Positions 19,669 through 29,433 are shown, counted from the stretch's first letter. The stretch is DNA of 64,000 bases from Candidatus Marinacidobacterales bacterium (GCA_965237955.1 OZ250169.1:1952001-2016000); one strand, 5' to 3'. The notes: a model not told the origin generated them from the sequence alone. Made by a program: numbers and translations.

Positions 19669-20751
19669 TCAAAAGACCTCAAGAATTTCATACAACGTCG
19701 TCCTCTGCGCAGGCCGAAATCCTGCCTCCCGAATGATCGTCTTCAGTTCCTCAGTGGATGTCTGATTGATGAAGCCGGTCGCGGCATGGACGTTCTCTTC
19801 GAACAGCGTGCCGCCGAAATCGTCGGCGCCCCAGTGCAGAGCGACCTGACCCGTCTTCTTGCCTTCAGAGAACCACGACGCCTGGACATGATCGAAGTTG
19901 TCGAGGTAGAGCCTCGATGCGGCCAACATGCGCAGGTAGTGGTTGGGACCGGCGTGGCGCGGGATCTTCTTGACGAGCGGAGTGTTCCCAGGCTTGAAGC
20001 TCCATGGGACGAACGCGGTGAATCCACCGTACTCGTCCTGGAGTGCACGGATGGCGTCGAAGTGTTCGATGACGTCTTCGTCGGTCTCGACGTGCCCATA
20101 CATCATGGTGGCAGTCGAGCGGAAGCCGAGCGCGTGCGCTTCGCGATGCACTTCGATCCAGCTGTACCTCATGCCCTTTTTGTACGAGATTTTCTTCCTG
20201 ACGCGCTCCGACAAGATTTCCGCGCCGCCTCCGGGTATCGTCGTTTGTCCGGCGTCTTTGAGCGCGTGAAGGACCTCTTTCAGCGAGAGTCCCGATACCG
20301 CGGCCATGCCTTCGATCTCGACGGCCGACCAAAAGTGAGGCGTGACGTCGGGGTAGCGCTCGCGCACGCCGCGCACGAGCTCAAGATAGTACTCGAACGG
20401 GAGCTCGGGGTTGACGCCTCCCTGCATCAACACCGTCGTCACGCCTTTTTCCGCCGAGCGGCCGATACGCTCGAGCATCTCCTCGACCGAGTGCGTATAG
20501 GCACCGTCCTGTCCCGGGCTTCGATAGAACGCGCAGAACGTGCAATCGACGTTGCACACGTTCGTGTAGTTCGGGTTGGTGTCGACGACGAACGTCACCA
20601 CGGGGTCGGGATGCCGACGACGTCTCTCTTTCATCGCGAGCTGGCCGAGGTCGAGTAACGATACGTCACTCAGAAGGAAGAGACCTTCTTTGCGATCGAG
20701 GCGCTCGAGCGAGCGAACTTTGTCCCGGACGGACTCGAGTGTGACTGCCAT
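19669..20751 (-). CDS. mqnC: Cyclic dehypoxanthinyl futalosine synthase (radical SAM)
   Basis: NYTNVCNVDCTFCAFYR, PGGGAEIL, STATMMYGH, QASW, ADDFGGT; inside the mqn cluster. Confidence 0.9.
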   Translation of the reverse strand: MAVTLESVRDKVRSLERLDRKEGLFLLSDVSLLDLGQLAMKERRRRHPDPVVTFVVDTNPNYTNVCNVDCTFCAFYRSPGQDGAYTHSVEEMLERIGRSAEKGVTTVLMQGGVNPELPFEYYLELVRGVRERYPDVTPHFWSAVEIEGMAAVSGLSLKEVLHALKDAGQTTIPGGGAEILSERVRKKISYKKGMRYSWIEVHREAHALGFRSTATMMYGHVETDEDVIEHFDAIRALQDEYGGFTAFVPWSFKPGNTPLVKKIPRHAGPNHYLRMLAASRLYLDNFDHVQASWFSEGKKTGQVALHWGADDFGGTLFEENVHAATGFINQTSTEELKTIIREAGFRPAQRTTLYEILEVF

Positions 20752-20753
20752 GT

Positions 20754-21515
20754 CTAAATCGGCTCCAACAGGCCGTGCTCCTCGCTCAGACGGCGAAACT
20801 CCTCCAGTCCTTTCATCTCGTCCGGGCCGAGCCGGTAGTGGAAGTTGCGCAAATAGGACGCGAGCACTTTACGCTGGCCGAGCTCGCCCGCGAACTCCGC
20901 GGCGATCTCGTCGATCTGCGACATGCCGACGATGAACGATCGCTCGAGGAGGTCCGCGAAATTCGTCTTGACGTTGTTCGGAAGCGAGCGGCGCACCGCC
21001 CACAGCGCGAACACGAACGGAAGGCCGGTCCAGTTCCACCACTCCGTGGCCAAGTCGTAGCGGTGGGGAAATCTCGGCGTCGGGGTTTGGTTGCGCCAGA
21101 GCGCTTCGTTCCCGATGACGAGAAACGCATCGGCTTCGTCTCGAAGCCCGCGGACGTATTCCTTCGGTTTGTTCCCATCACGCACCTCGAGCAGGAGCCG
21201 CAGGAGGCGCACCGACGTCGACGTGTCTTCGGTGATCCCGATCCGCGCGCCGTCGAGCTCGGACATGGGCTTTCGGCTGAGGAACAAAATACTCCGCACC
21301 TCTTCGCGGTTCGCGACGCCGAGCCCGGCCGCAGGCTCGTAGCGATTCTCGTAGAGCAGGAAGTCGGCGGTCGCCAAAATCCCGGCGTCGATCTCGCCGT
21401 TCGATGCCATCTTGCCGAGTTCGCGCGGCGGCGTCGGGATGAGACGATGCTCCCCGAGAAGAGGGTAAAACGGCTGGCTGTTGAGATAGGAGATTTGCCC
21501 GATCAGGAGTCGCAC
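20754..21515 (-). CDS. mqnA: Chorismate dehydratase
   Basis: ISYLNSQP, TSTSVRL, VIGNEAL and DLATEW..WTGLPFVFALW. Confidence 0.9.
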   Translation of the reverse strand: MRLLIGQISYLNSQPFYPLLGEHRLIPTPPRELGKMASNGEIDAGILATADFLLYENRYEPAAGLGVANREEVRSILFLSRKPMSELDGARIGITEDTSTSVRLLRLLLEVRDGNKPKEYVRGLRDEADAFLVIGNEALWRNQTPTPRFPHRYDLATEWWNWTGLPFVFALWAVRRSLPNNVKTNFADLLERSFIVGMSQIDEIAAEFAGELGQRKVLASYLRNFHYRLGPDEMKGLEEFRRLSEEHGLLEPI

Positions 21516-21522
21516 GGCGCCG

Positions 21523-22623
21523 TTAGTTGTAGACCCGCACGACGTTGTAGAGGGCGTCGCGCTCCGCGGGGACTTTACCGGATTCTCGGATCATATCGAC
21601 GAGTTCCTCCCGCGCCAGCCCTACGGCACTTTGCGCTTGCGCGTAGTGGGCGATGCGCTCTTCGCCAATGGTTCCGTCCAAATCGCTGGCGCCGAAGTTC
21701 AGCGCGACCGACGCCGTCTCCTCGCCGAGCATCACCCAGTAGGATTTGATGTGGTCGAAGTTGTCGAGCAGGAGCCGGGCACACGCCACCGTCCGCAGAT
21801 CCTCGATGGCCGAGGCCTGCCGCTCCACGAGCCCGGTATTCCCGGGCTGGAGCGCCAGCGGGATGAACGCGAGAAACCCGGGGGTCTCGTCCTGCGCCTC
21901 CCGAAGGCGCACCATGTGCTCGACGCGCTCTGCGTAGGTTTCGATGTGCCCGTAGAGGAGCGTCGCGTTCGAGGGGAAGCCCATTTCGTGAGCGATGCGG
22001 TGCACTTCGAACCAGCGATCGGCGCCCATCTTGTGTTTGAACGTCGCCTGGTGCACCCGCTCGGAGAAGACTTCGGCGCCGCCTCCCGGGAGCGACGAAA
22101 GGCCAGCCTCGCGAAGCCGCTCGAGCACTTCCTGAACCGAGACGCGGCCGATGCGGGCAAACCAATCGATCTCGACAGCCGTCCATGCCTTGATTTGAAT
22201 CGACGGGAACGCCTCGTGGATGCGGGCGATGATGTCGACGTAATCCTCGAACTGCCATTTCGGATGGAGCCCCCCGACGATGTGGACTTCGGAGAGCTCG
22301 TCACTGAGCTTTCCGAGGATCTCGTTCATGGACATCTCGTACGCGTGGTCGTCGCCCGGCTTGGCGGCGAAGTCGCAGAACGTGCAGTCGAGGACGCAGA
22401 GATTCGTCGGGTTGATTTGCCGGTTCATCACGAAGTAGACGGTGTCGCCGGTCTTGGCTCGTTTGACGTGGTCGGCCATCTTGCCGAGGGCGGTAATGTC
22501 CCACGTGTTCAGGATCGTGAGGCCGTCGTCGCGGCCTAGCCTCACGCCCGAGAGCACTTTCTCCCAAATCGGAACGAGGGCCTGGTCTTGAAAGAGGATG
22601 TCTTCGATCGTGGTCGTGCTCAC
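21523..22623 (-). CDS. mqnE: Aminofutalosine synthase (radical SAM)
   Basis: INPTNLCVLDCTFCDF, EVHIVGGLHP, SNATLLYGH, HIKSYWVM and DLDGT. Confidence 0.92.
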   Translation of the reverse strand: MSTTTIEDILFQDQALVPIWEKVLSGVRLGRDDGLTILNTWDITALGKMADHVKRAKTGDTVYFVMNRQINPTNLCVLDCTFCDFAAKPGDDHAYEMSMNEILGKLSDELSEVHIVGGLHPKWQFEDYVDIIARIHEAFPSIQIKAWTAVEIDWFARIGRVSVQEVLERLREAGLSSLPGGGAEVFSERVHQATFKHKMGADRWFEVHRIAHEMGFPSNATLLYGHIETYAERVEHMVRLREAQDETPGFLAFIPLALQPGNTGLVERQASAIEDLRTVACARLLLDNFDHIKSYWVMLGEETASVALNFGASDLDGTIGEERIAHYAQAQSAVGLAREELVDMIRESGKVPAERDALYNVVRVYN

Positions 22624-22754
22624 AACCGAATTATTGTCAAAACCGGCCGCGTCTTCCAGTGGAATGCTCGCTCGCTCCTCGCTCGCTCGCTCGGCCTCTC
22701 GTCGGCGCTTAAAACGTCGCTGACCAGCCTGCGAGTGCATCACTCCCACGCATC

Positions 22755-23306
22755 CTACTCGAGCTCTTTTGCCCGCCAGCCTCCCGGCACCTCGACGCCT
22801 AGGATTGGCAAGACTTTGTCGATGAACCCGTTCACGTCGTCGTCCATCGAATCGGGGTTCTTGTACCAAGGCGGCGAGATCGGCATGATCACCGCTCCCT
22901 CGCGGGACAGCTTGAGCGCGTTCTCGTGGGCGATCGACGACAGCGGCGTTTCCCGAATCCCCACGACCAGCCGCATTCTCTCCTTCAGTGCGACCTGTGC
23001 AGCCCGGGTGATCAATGTATCGGCAATGCCGTTCGCAATCTTGCCGAGCGTCGAGATGCTGCACGGCATCAGCACGAGCGCATCATAGCAGTTGGACCCG
23101 GAAGAAAACGGCGCCGCCAAATCGTTGTCGCGGAACACCGCTTTGACGTGCGGCCTCAGGTCGTCGAGTCCCATGTGGAGCTCGTGCTCGAGCACTTTTT
23201 CGCCCCAGTCGGAGACCACGAGGAACTTGTCGCCGGGGCAGCGCTCGAGAAATTTGACGCCGTAAATGACTCCGGAAGAACCAGTTATGCCAACAACGAT
23301 CCTCAC
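22755..23306 (-). CDS. ubiX: UbiX family flavin prenyltransferase
   Basis: VGITGSSG, SSGS, PCSISTL, LKER, RETP; GTGA overlap with the upstream prenyltransferase. Confidence 0.93.
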   Translation of the reverse strand: MRIVVGITGSSGVIYGVKFLERCPGDKFLVVSDWGEKVLEHELHMGLDDLRPHVKAVFRDNDLAAPFSSGSNCYDALVLMPCSISTLGKIANGIADTLITRAAQVALKERMRLVVGIRETPLSSIAHENALKLSREGAVIMPISPPWYKNPDSMDDDVNGFIDKVLPILGVEVPGGWRAKELE

Positions 23307-24142
23307 GACCAGACTCCCGCCGCCACGAAGCCAAGAACCACGAAACCGACGACCGCGTTGATCTTGAAAAACGCGAGCTCCACGTCGGTTGCCTTTTGAT
23401 GCTCGAGGAGCAACAGCGCCCCGATTGCGAGCAGCATCGTAGCGGCCAGCGGACCCTCCATGAAGGTCCAGTAGAGCACGCCTAGAAGCGCAAACGCCAC
23501 CACGTGGAATAGCAGGGAAATCGCGAGCGCGCGTTCCTTTCCCAGCCGAGCGGGAAGCGAGTGAAGGCCTTCGCTGCGGTCGAAATCTATATCGAGGGTC
23601 GCGTAAATGATGTCGAAGCCGGCGACCCAGAACAACGTGAACAGGCCGAGGAGCACGATGCGAGGGTAGTCGATGAAATCGAGCTGCACCGCGAACCAGG
23701 CGCCTAGAGGGCCCATGGCGAGGGCCGCGCCGACTCCCAGGTGGGCCCACATCGTGAAGCGTTTCAGCAACGGGTAGAGGAGAAAGATTGCGAGCGGGAT
23801 GGGGGCGAGCTCGAGACATCGGGGAGAGATGAGATAGGCGGCGACGAGGTAGACGACGATGCCGACACCGGTGACGAAGGCCCCTTCGGCGAGCTTCATC
23901 TGGCCGCTGGGAAGCTCCCGGCCCGCTGTCCGCGGGTTCTTGCGATCGATGGCGCGGTCGAGAATGCGGTTGAGGCCGAGCGCGGCGGTGCGGGCGCCGG
24001 TCCCCGCCACCAGGATCAGGAGGAGCACTCGCCACGTGAGCTCGCCGTGGGCGAGAAGGGCGCCGCTCAGAAGCATCGGGAACGAGAACAGGGTGTGCTC
24101 GATCTTGACGAATCGGCTGTACGCCTTCAGACGGTCCTGCAT
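23303..24142 (-). CDS. UbiA-like polyprenyltransferase (MqnP type)
   Basis: KIEHTLFSFP, NRILDRAIDRKNPRT and WVAGFDIIYATLD; multiple TM helices. Confidence 0.92.
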   Translation of the reverse strand: MQDRLKAYSRFVKIEHTLFSFPMLLSGALLAHGELTWRVLLLILVAGTGARTAALGLNRILDRAIDRKNPRTAGRELPSGQMKLAEGAFVTGVGIVVYLVAAYLISPRCLELAPIPLAIFLLYPLLKRFTMWAHLGVGAALAMGPLGAWFAVQLDFIDYPRIVLLGLFTLFWVAGFDIIYATLDIDFDRSEGLHSLPARLGKERALAISLLFHVVAFALLGVLYWTFMEGPLAATMLLAIGALLLLEHQKATDVELAFFKINAVVGFVVLGFVAAGVWS

Positions 24143-24390
24143 CGCGATTGTTAGAAACACCTTTGACAGCGCGAATCAATGTTCTTTAGAATCGCGACCG
24201 AATGCAACGCGGATCTGGTCTCATTAAACGTTTCGAGGAACATCAGTCTTATCTCTTTGCGCTCTCATCGAGATGACGAAACAAACATTCGATGTTATTC
24301 TCGATTCGGAGTTGCGGGAGATTCGCTTGATGTGTTGGAGTTCATTGCAACGAAGACACCGCTGACCGTGGATGGAGGTGGGCAGCTGAC

Positions 24391-24837
24391 ATGAAGAAGA
24401 AAAAAAAGAAGAAAGCCAAGAAGAAGAAAGCCACCAAGCGGAAAGTGACGCGCAAGAAGAAAGCCGCGAAGAAGCGTCGGCCAGCCAAGAAAAAGGCTAA
24501 AAAGAAGAAGGCTAAAAAGAAGAAGGCGGAGAAGAGAGTAGCCAAGAAGAAGACCAAGAAGAAGAGGGCTACCAAGAAGAAAGCCAAGAAAAAGGCTAAA
24601 AAGAAGGTCAAGAAAAAGGCCGCCAAGAAGAAAAAAGCGGCGCCGAAGAAGAAGGCTCCTCCGGCTCCGAAACCCGCGCCCGCTCCAGCGGAACCGGCTC
24701 GAACGCCGGCACCGTGGGAGAGCGGGTCTTCGGCGCCGGCGACCCCGTCGTGGCAACGGCCAGACTCCGAGCGTCAGGGCTCCGGCGCCACCGGACCCGA
24801 TACGAACCGACGGACCCGGAGACGACAACGACGATGA
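24391..24837 (+). CDS. Lys/Ala-rich histone H1-like basic protein
   Basis: About 90 residues of KKKA-type repeats followed by a Pro/Ala tail; GGAGG RBS upstream. Confidence 0.75.
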   Translation: MKKKKKKKAKKKKATKRKVTRKKKAAKKRRPAKKKAKKKKAKKKKAEKRVAKKKTKKKRATKKKAKKKAKKKVKKKAAKKKKAAPKKKAPPAPKPAPAPAEPARTPAPWESGSSAPATPSWQRPDSERQGSGATGPDTNRRTRRRQRR

Positions 24838-24949
24838 TCTTGGTGGAGGAACGGGTCCGGTCTTCTAGACGAAACGAATAGTCGCGCCTGCCTTCAGCGT
24901 GGCGCGCCCCCGGCTTTCAACCGTCGGGGGCGCGTTGCGCGCGGCAGGG

Positions 24950-25147
24950 CTAGTCGTCGCCGATACGAAATCGGCCGCTATCCGCGAAGTGTTTCATGTC
25001 GCACGTGGGGCAGGTGACGAACTCCTTGCCAGCTTCTTTCTCGATCTTGCTCGTCACGTCTTCCGCCTCGATAGGGTTACCGCACGTGCAGTAGAACACG
25101 CCTTCTTCGAGGAAAATGTCAGCCTCGACGTCTAGCTCGTCGCTCAT
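24950..25147 (-). CDS. 65-aa acidic zinc-ribbon-like protein
   Basis: CTC...CPTC; GGGAG RBS upstream. Confidence 0.65.
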   Translation of the reverse strand: MSDELDVEADIFLEEGVFYCTCGNPIEAEDVTSKIEKEAGKEFVTCPTCDMKHFADSGRFRIGDD

Positions 25148-25322
25148 CGTGAGCTCCCCACTCGTTGGTCTTTTTGTTAATTAGGACGGGAGAATTATAG
25201 CATGGTGTTTCCGTGAGGCGCACTCGTCGGATTGCGATTCGTGGTAGTATTGGTGACCCTTGCGAGGTCGTTTCGACGTCGTTTGCTAGGAAACCAAAGC
25301 TACTACAGGAAGCATAGCTACC

Positions 25323-26486
25323 ATGGAACTCAAGAGAATTCTTGCGTTGGCGGCGGTTTCGCTGCTCGTCTTTGCAGGCTGCGGAGGCCCCAATGTCGGC
25401 GTTACGAGCGAAGAGATCAAGATCGGGACCTGGGCGCCGCTGACAGGACCGGCTTCGAATCTCTCGACGATCGCCAAAGCCATGGACGCCTATTTTGCGT
25501 ATATCAACGATCAAGGCGGCATCCATGGACGCAAGCTGACGCTCCTCGTGAAAGACGACGGCTATGATCCACGACGGACGCCAGGTGTCGTCGAGGAGTT
25601 GGTCGACGGCGAACACGTGTTCGCGTTGCTTGGAGGTAGCGGCACCACGAGCTGTCTGGCCGTGAAAGACTACATCGCGATCAAACTGCTTCCCTGGATC
25701 AACCCTGGCTCCGCCGCGCGGGTCTGGACATCGCCCGTCAACGCCTACGTGTTCTCCACATTCCCTTCCTACGTCACCGAGGGGCGTATTCTTGCCAAAT
25801 ACGTTGTCAACGAGGTCGAAGCCGACAAGTACGGCATGTTCTACCAGGATGATTCCTTCGGGCGCGAAGGCGAAGAAGGGGTGCGCCTTGGACTCCGGAG
25901 CGCGGACAAAGAGATCGTCCTCGCACAAGCGTACCAGGTGGGGCAGAATGACCTTACCGAGATCGCTCAGAAATTCAAAGACGAAGAAGTGGACGTCATC
26001 TTCGTTTGGAGCATCACGGAAGGTGCTGCTGCCCTCGTCAAAGCCATTGCCGCGATCGAGGACTACGACCCTCAAATCGTGGCCACGCAAGTCCTCTCGG
26101 ATCCGATCATGTTCGATCTCGCGGGCGACGGGTGGGAGGGCGCCATCGTCGCTTCGAGTGTGCCCGAGACGACGTCCGATGAGCCCGGCACGATCAAGGC
26201 TCGTGAGATTATCGAACAGTATGGAAACGGTATGGAGTTCGGCACTTACGCTTATTGGGGGCTCGCGCGTGCGGAGATTCTCGTCGAGGGCCTCGAGCGT
26301 GCCGGTCCTGACCTCACGCGTCTCAAGTTCATCCTGGCCATCGAGGGCATCGACAACTGGACCGATAACTTCGTGGGAACGTCCATCAGCTTCAGCGCAG
26401 AGAACCACCAGGGACTGAACGCCATCCATTTGAGCAAAGCCGAAGGGGGTACGCTCGTGCACCTTTCCGAATGGCTCGAGTCCTGA
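25323..26486 (+). CDS. Branched-chain amino acid-type ABC substrate-binding lipoprotein
   Basis: Lipobox FAGC; IKIG, INDQGGIHGRKL, DDGYDP and YQDDSFG. Confidence 0.88.
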   Translation: MELKRILALAAVSLLVFAGCGGPNVGVTSEEIKIGTWAPLTGPASNLSTIAKAMDAYFAYINDQGGIHGRKLTLLVKDDGYDPRRTPGVVEELVDGEHVFALLGGSGTTSCLAVKDYIAIKLLPWINPGSAARVWTSPVNAYVFSTFPSYVTEGRILAKYVVNEVEADKYGMFYQDDSFGREGEEGVRLGLRSADKEIVLAQAYQVGQNDLTEIAQKFKDEEVDVIFVWSITEGAAALVKAIAAIEDYDPQIVATQVLSDPIMFDLAGDGWEGAIVASSVPETTSDEPGTIKAREIIEQYGNGMEFGTYAYWGLARAEILVEGLERAGPDLTRLKFILAIEGIDNWTDNFVGTSISFSAENHQGLNAIHLSKAEGGTLVHLSEWLES

Positions 26487-26703
26487 TTTCCCCACGGCCT
26501 CCGCGGTGCGCTGCCCTGAAGGCTGGTTTGACCGTCACCCGTCTCGCCATTAGAATCCCGTCGTCCTAGTTTCTTTTGCAGAGGGGAGAAGTTTTCGCAA
26601 TGCGGCTCGCGGGCCGAAAAAGGGTTGGTACTCCCTTGCCTGCCGGTCCGAGCGTACCCCCCGTCTTTAAGCGATAGCCACCAAAGGAGGGAGGCCATCC
26701 ACG

Positions 26704-27048
26704 ATGAAGTTCGGAAGGACGATACGTAAGCTTCGCGAAGAGAAAAACATCAGCATTGCTCAGTTCGCGCGGAAGGTAGGGATCAGCCCGACGTACTTGG
26801 CGCCGATCGAGCGAGACGTGTTCGCTCCGCCCGCGGAGCACAAGGTCGTCAAGATCGCCAAGGCGCTCGACCAGGACCCGGACGAGTTCCTCGCGCTCGC
26901 GGGCCGTATCGGGACCGATCTGAGGCGCATTATCCGCCGCCAACCGGTCAACGCGGGACGGATGTTGCGCGCGATCGATGGTCTACCCGGCGAGGACGTC
27001 GACGCTCTCGTCTTGAGCGCGAAGAGGAAAAGCCGCCGAAAAAGGTAG
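26704..27048 (+). CDS. XRE family HTH regulator
   Basis: FGRTIRKLR...FARKVGISPTYL..IERD; GGAGG RBS. Confidence 0.88.
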   Translation: MKFGRTIRKLREEKNISIAQFARKVGISPTYLAPIERDVFAPPAEHKVVKIAKALDQDPDEFLALAGRIGTDLRRIIRRQPVNAGRMLRAIDGLPGEDVDALVLSAKRKSRRKR

Positions 27049-27139
27049 CACGGCGGGTAACGAGCCATTCACCGCCGCGCGATGTCCGCTATCCGCTATC
27101 CGCCGTCCGGTCGACGTCTTCAGTGGTTAGAATAGCGGC

Positions 27140-27964
27140 ATGAGTCAACCGTCCTCGGGGGGATTCCCCGATTTGCGGATCGTTCCCGTTAGCGATCTGC
27201 TGCTACATGAAGACGTGGATCTCGAACGGGCTGCGCGGTTGCTCGACCGCCTTTCGGCGGACGGGATTTTGCGGAACCCGCCGATCGTGGCGAGCCTTCC
27301 CGGAAGCGATCGCTGCTTGCTCCTCGACGGCGCCAACCGCGTTTCGGCGCTCGAGAATCTCGACATCCCTCATTTGCTCGTGCAAGTGGAGCCCTACGAG
27401 AACCGAGACCTCGAGATTCGGCATTGGAACCACGTGGTGCGCGACATCGAGGCGGACAAGATCGTCGAGTATGCCCGTTCGATTCCGGGCGTGGACATGG
27501 TCGAGGGCGAGGCACCCGTCGAGGGTTATCTCGCGAGCTTCGTAACCGACGATGACGAAGCGCACCATCTCGTCACCAGCGCTCCGATGAACGAGCGCGT
27601 GAAACATTTGCGTGCGATCGTCGACATCTACTACAAAGGTGAGGCCCGTCTCGACCGCGTGAACCACGCCGACGTGGCGACGTTGCGCGCACAACACCCC
27701 CACTTCGGAGCGCTGGTCACGTTTCCCGATTTCACCAAAGACGACGTCCGCGCCGTCGCGGAGGCGGGAGATCGTCTTCCCTCGGGAGTGACCCGCATCC
27801 TCGTCCCGCGACGGGTGCTGGGCTTCAACCTCCGCCTACCGCTTCTGAAATCGAACCTCCCCCTGGAAGAAAAAAGGCGCTGGCTCGCCGACGAAATCCA
27901 GCACAAGGTCTCCGAGCACAAGGTCCGTTACTATCAGGAGCCTACGTTTGTGTTTGATGATTAG
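27140..27964 (+). CDS. ParB/Srx-fold protein, SbnI-like (putative free L-serine kinase)
   Basis: VPVSDLLLHE, DGILRNPPIV, LLDGANR, WNH, LPSGVTR and RYYQEP, collinear with recalled Staphylococcus SbnI motifs. Confidence 0.7.
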   Translation: MSQPSSGGFPDLRIVPVSDLLLHEDVDLERAARLLDRLSADGILRNPPIVASLPGSDRCLLLDGANRVSALENLDIPHLLVQVEPYENRDLEIRHWNHVVRDIEADKIVEYARSIPGVDMVEGEAPVEGYLASFVTDDDEAHHLVTSAPMNERVKHLRAIVDIYYKGEARLDRVNHADVATLRAQHPHFGALVTFPDFTKDDVRAVAEAGDRLPSGVTRILVPRRVLGFNLRLPLLKSNLPLEEKRRWLADEIQHKVSEHKVRYYQEPTFVFDD

Positions 27965-27965
27965 T

Positions 27966-28108
27966 CAGCATCCAGCATCCAGTTCACATCACGCCCTGCC
28001 CGTAAGTGGCGTCGTCGCATATCGAGCACCGTTCCCCCGGTAAGCGACACAACCATTTACAGGCACGGCTCGAATTGGCCTGGATGCTGGATGCTGGATG
28101 CTGAATGC
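27966..28108. repeat. Hairpin/MITE-like element tipped with GCATCCA heptamer repeats
   Basis: CAGCATCCAGCATCCAG...TGCCCGTAAGTGG pairs with CCATTTACAGGCA...CTGGATGCTGGATGCTG. Confidence 0.75.
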
Positions 28109-28170
28109 CGCCGCGGGCGGGCTGCAGCTTATTGAGGGCCGGCCCGCCCTCATGCTACGATTCCCTTCCC

Positions 28171-28920
28171 ATGTCGGGTCATTCCAAGTGGCACTCCATC
28201 AAGCACAAAAAAGCGGCTACGGACGCCAAGCGCGGGAAGGCGTTTACCGGTCTGATCAAAGAGATTACGGTTGCCGCTCGCATGGGTGGAGGTGACGTCG
28301 ACTTCAACGCGCGGCTTCGCTTCGCGGTCGACAAAGCGAAGACTGCGAACATGCCGAAGGGCAACATCGAGCGAGCGATCAAAAAAGGAACCGGCGAGCT
28401 CGAAGGCTATAACCTCGAAGAAGTCCACTACGAAGGTTACGGTCCCGGAGGCGTGGCGGTGTTCATCGAGGCGACGACCGACAACAAGAACCGCACCGTG
28501 AGCGAGGTTCGCCATTTCTTTTCCAAGTACGGGGGCAACCTGGGTGAGTCGGGCTCGGTCAATTGGATGTTCGACAAGAAGGGCTACCTCGTCGTCGAAG
28601 GCGAGCACGTGGACGAAGAGGCGCTCCTTGAGATCGTTCTCGAAGCGGGTGCCGATGACGTGAGCGAAGACGGCAGCAATTGGGAAATCTTCACCACTCC
28701 GGAAGCGTTCCAGGCGGTTCGTGATGCGCTCTCTTCGAAGAACATTCCGCTCGCCGCGGAAGAGATCGCGATGATCCCGCAAACCAGCGTGAAGCTTGAG
28801 GGCAAGCAGGCGAAGCAGATGCTCAAGCTCATGGAAGCGCTCGAGGATCACGAAGACCTGACGAACGTCTGGGCTAACTTCGATATCGAGGGAAAAGAGA
28901 TCGAAGCTCTCATGTCTTGA
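28171..28920 (+). CDS. yebC: YebC/PmpR family protein
   Basis: [15 protein letters not shown] and TDNKNRT. Confidence 0.97.
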   Translation: MSGHSKWHSIKHKKAATDAKRGKAFTGLIKEITVAARMGGGDVDFNARLRFAVDKAKTANMPKGNIERAIKKGTGELEGYNLEEVHYEGYGPGGVAVFIEATTDNKNRTVSEVRHFFSKYGGNLGESGSVNWMFDKKGYLVVEGEHVDEEALLEIVLEAGADDVSEDGSNWEIFTTPEAFQAVRDALSSKNIPLAAEEIAMIPQTSVKLEGKQAKQMLKLMEALEDHEDLTNVWANFDIEGKEIEALMS

Positions 28921-28935
28921 TCCCTCGTTGAAACC

Positions 28936-29433
28936 ATGAGGATTCTCGGGATCGACCCTGGCTCGCACGTTACCGGTTTCGGCGTGATCGATTCCGACGG
29001 AAGCCGCCACGCCCTCGTGAGTCAAGGCGTCGTTCGCACTCGCACCGCGGGTTCCTTTGCCGAGAAGCTGAAACTCATCCATGACGGAATCCTCGACGTC
29101 ATGGACGAGTGGGGGCCCGATCAGGTGGTGGTCGAAAGCCTCTTCTATGCCGTAAACGTCAAGAGCGCGCTGAAGCTCGGACACGTCAGAGGCGTCGCAC
29201 TTCTCACCGCGGTCGAGCGCGGGCTACCGGTTCACGAGTACGCGCCGCTCGAAGTGAAACAAGCCGTCGTCGGCTACGGCCGTGCCGACAAAAATCAGGT
29301 ACAGAGAATGGTCGCCGTTTTACTCGGTCTCGAGACTCCGCCCGAGTCCCACGACGCAGCTGACGCACTCGCCATTGCGATCTGCCACGCGCATCAGCTT
29401 CGGTTCCACGCGAAAGTGCAATCGTCTTCGTGA
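28936..29433 (+). CDS. ruvC: Holliday junction resolvase
   Basis: ILGIDPG, VVES, GYGRADK and DAADALAIA. Confidence 0.97.
   Translation: MRILGIDPGSHVTGFGVIDSDGSRHALVSQGVVRTRTAGSFAEKLKLIHDGILDVMDEWGPDQVVVESLFYAVNVKSALKLGHVRGVALLTAVERGLPVHEYAPLEVKQAVVGYGRADKNQVQRMVAVLLGLETPPESHDAADALAIAICHAHQLRFHAKVQSSS

Noticed and set aside
24295-24828. Phe/Leu-rich membrane-like ORFs on the minus strand
   Set aside because: They are the antisense reading of the AAG-rich histone-like gene.
26560-26700. Riboswitch upstream of the XRE regulator
   Set aside because: Only short hairpins are present; no recognisable c-di-GMP, c-di-AMP or other aptamer consensus.
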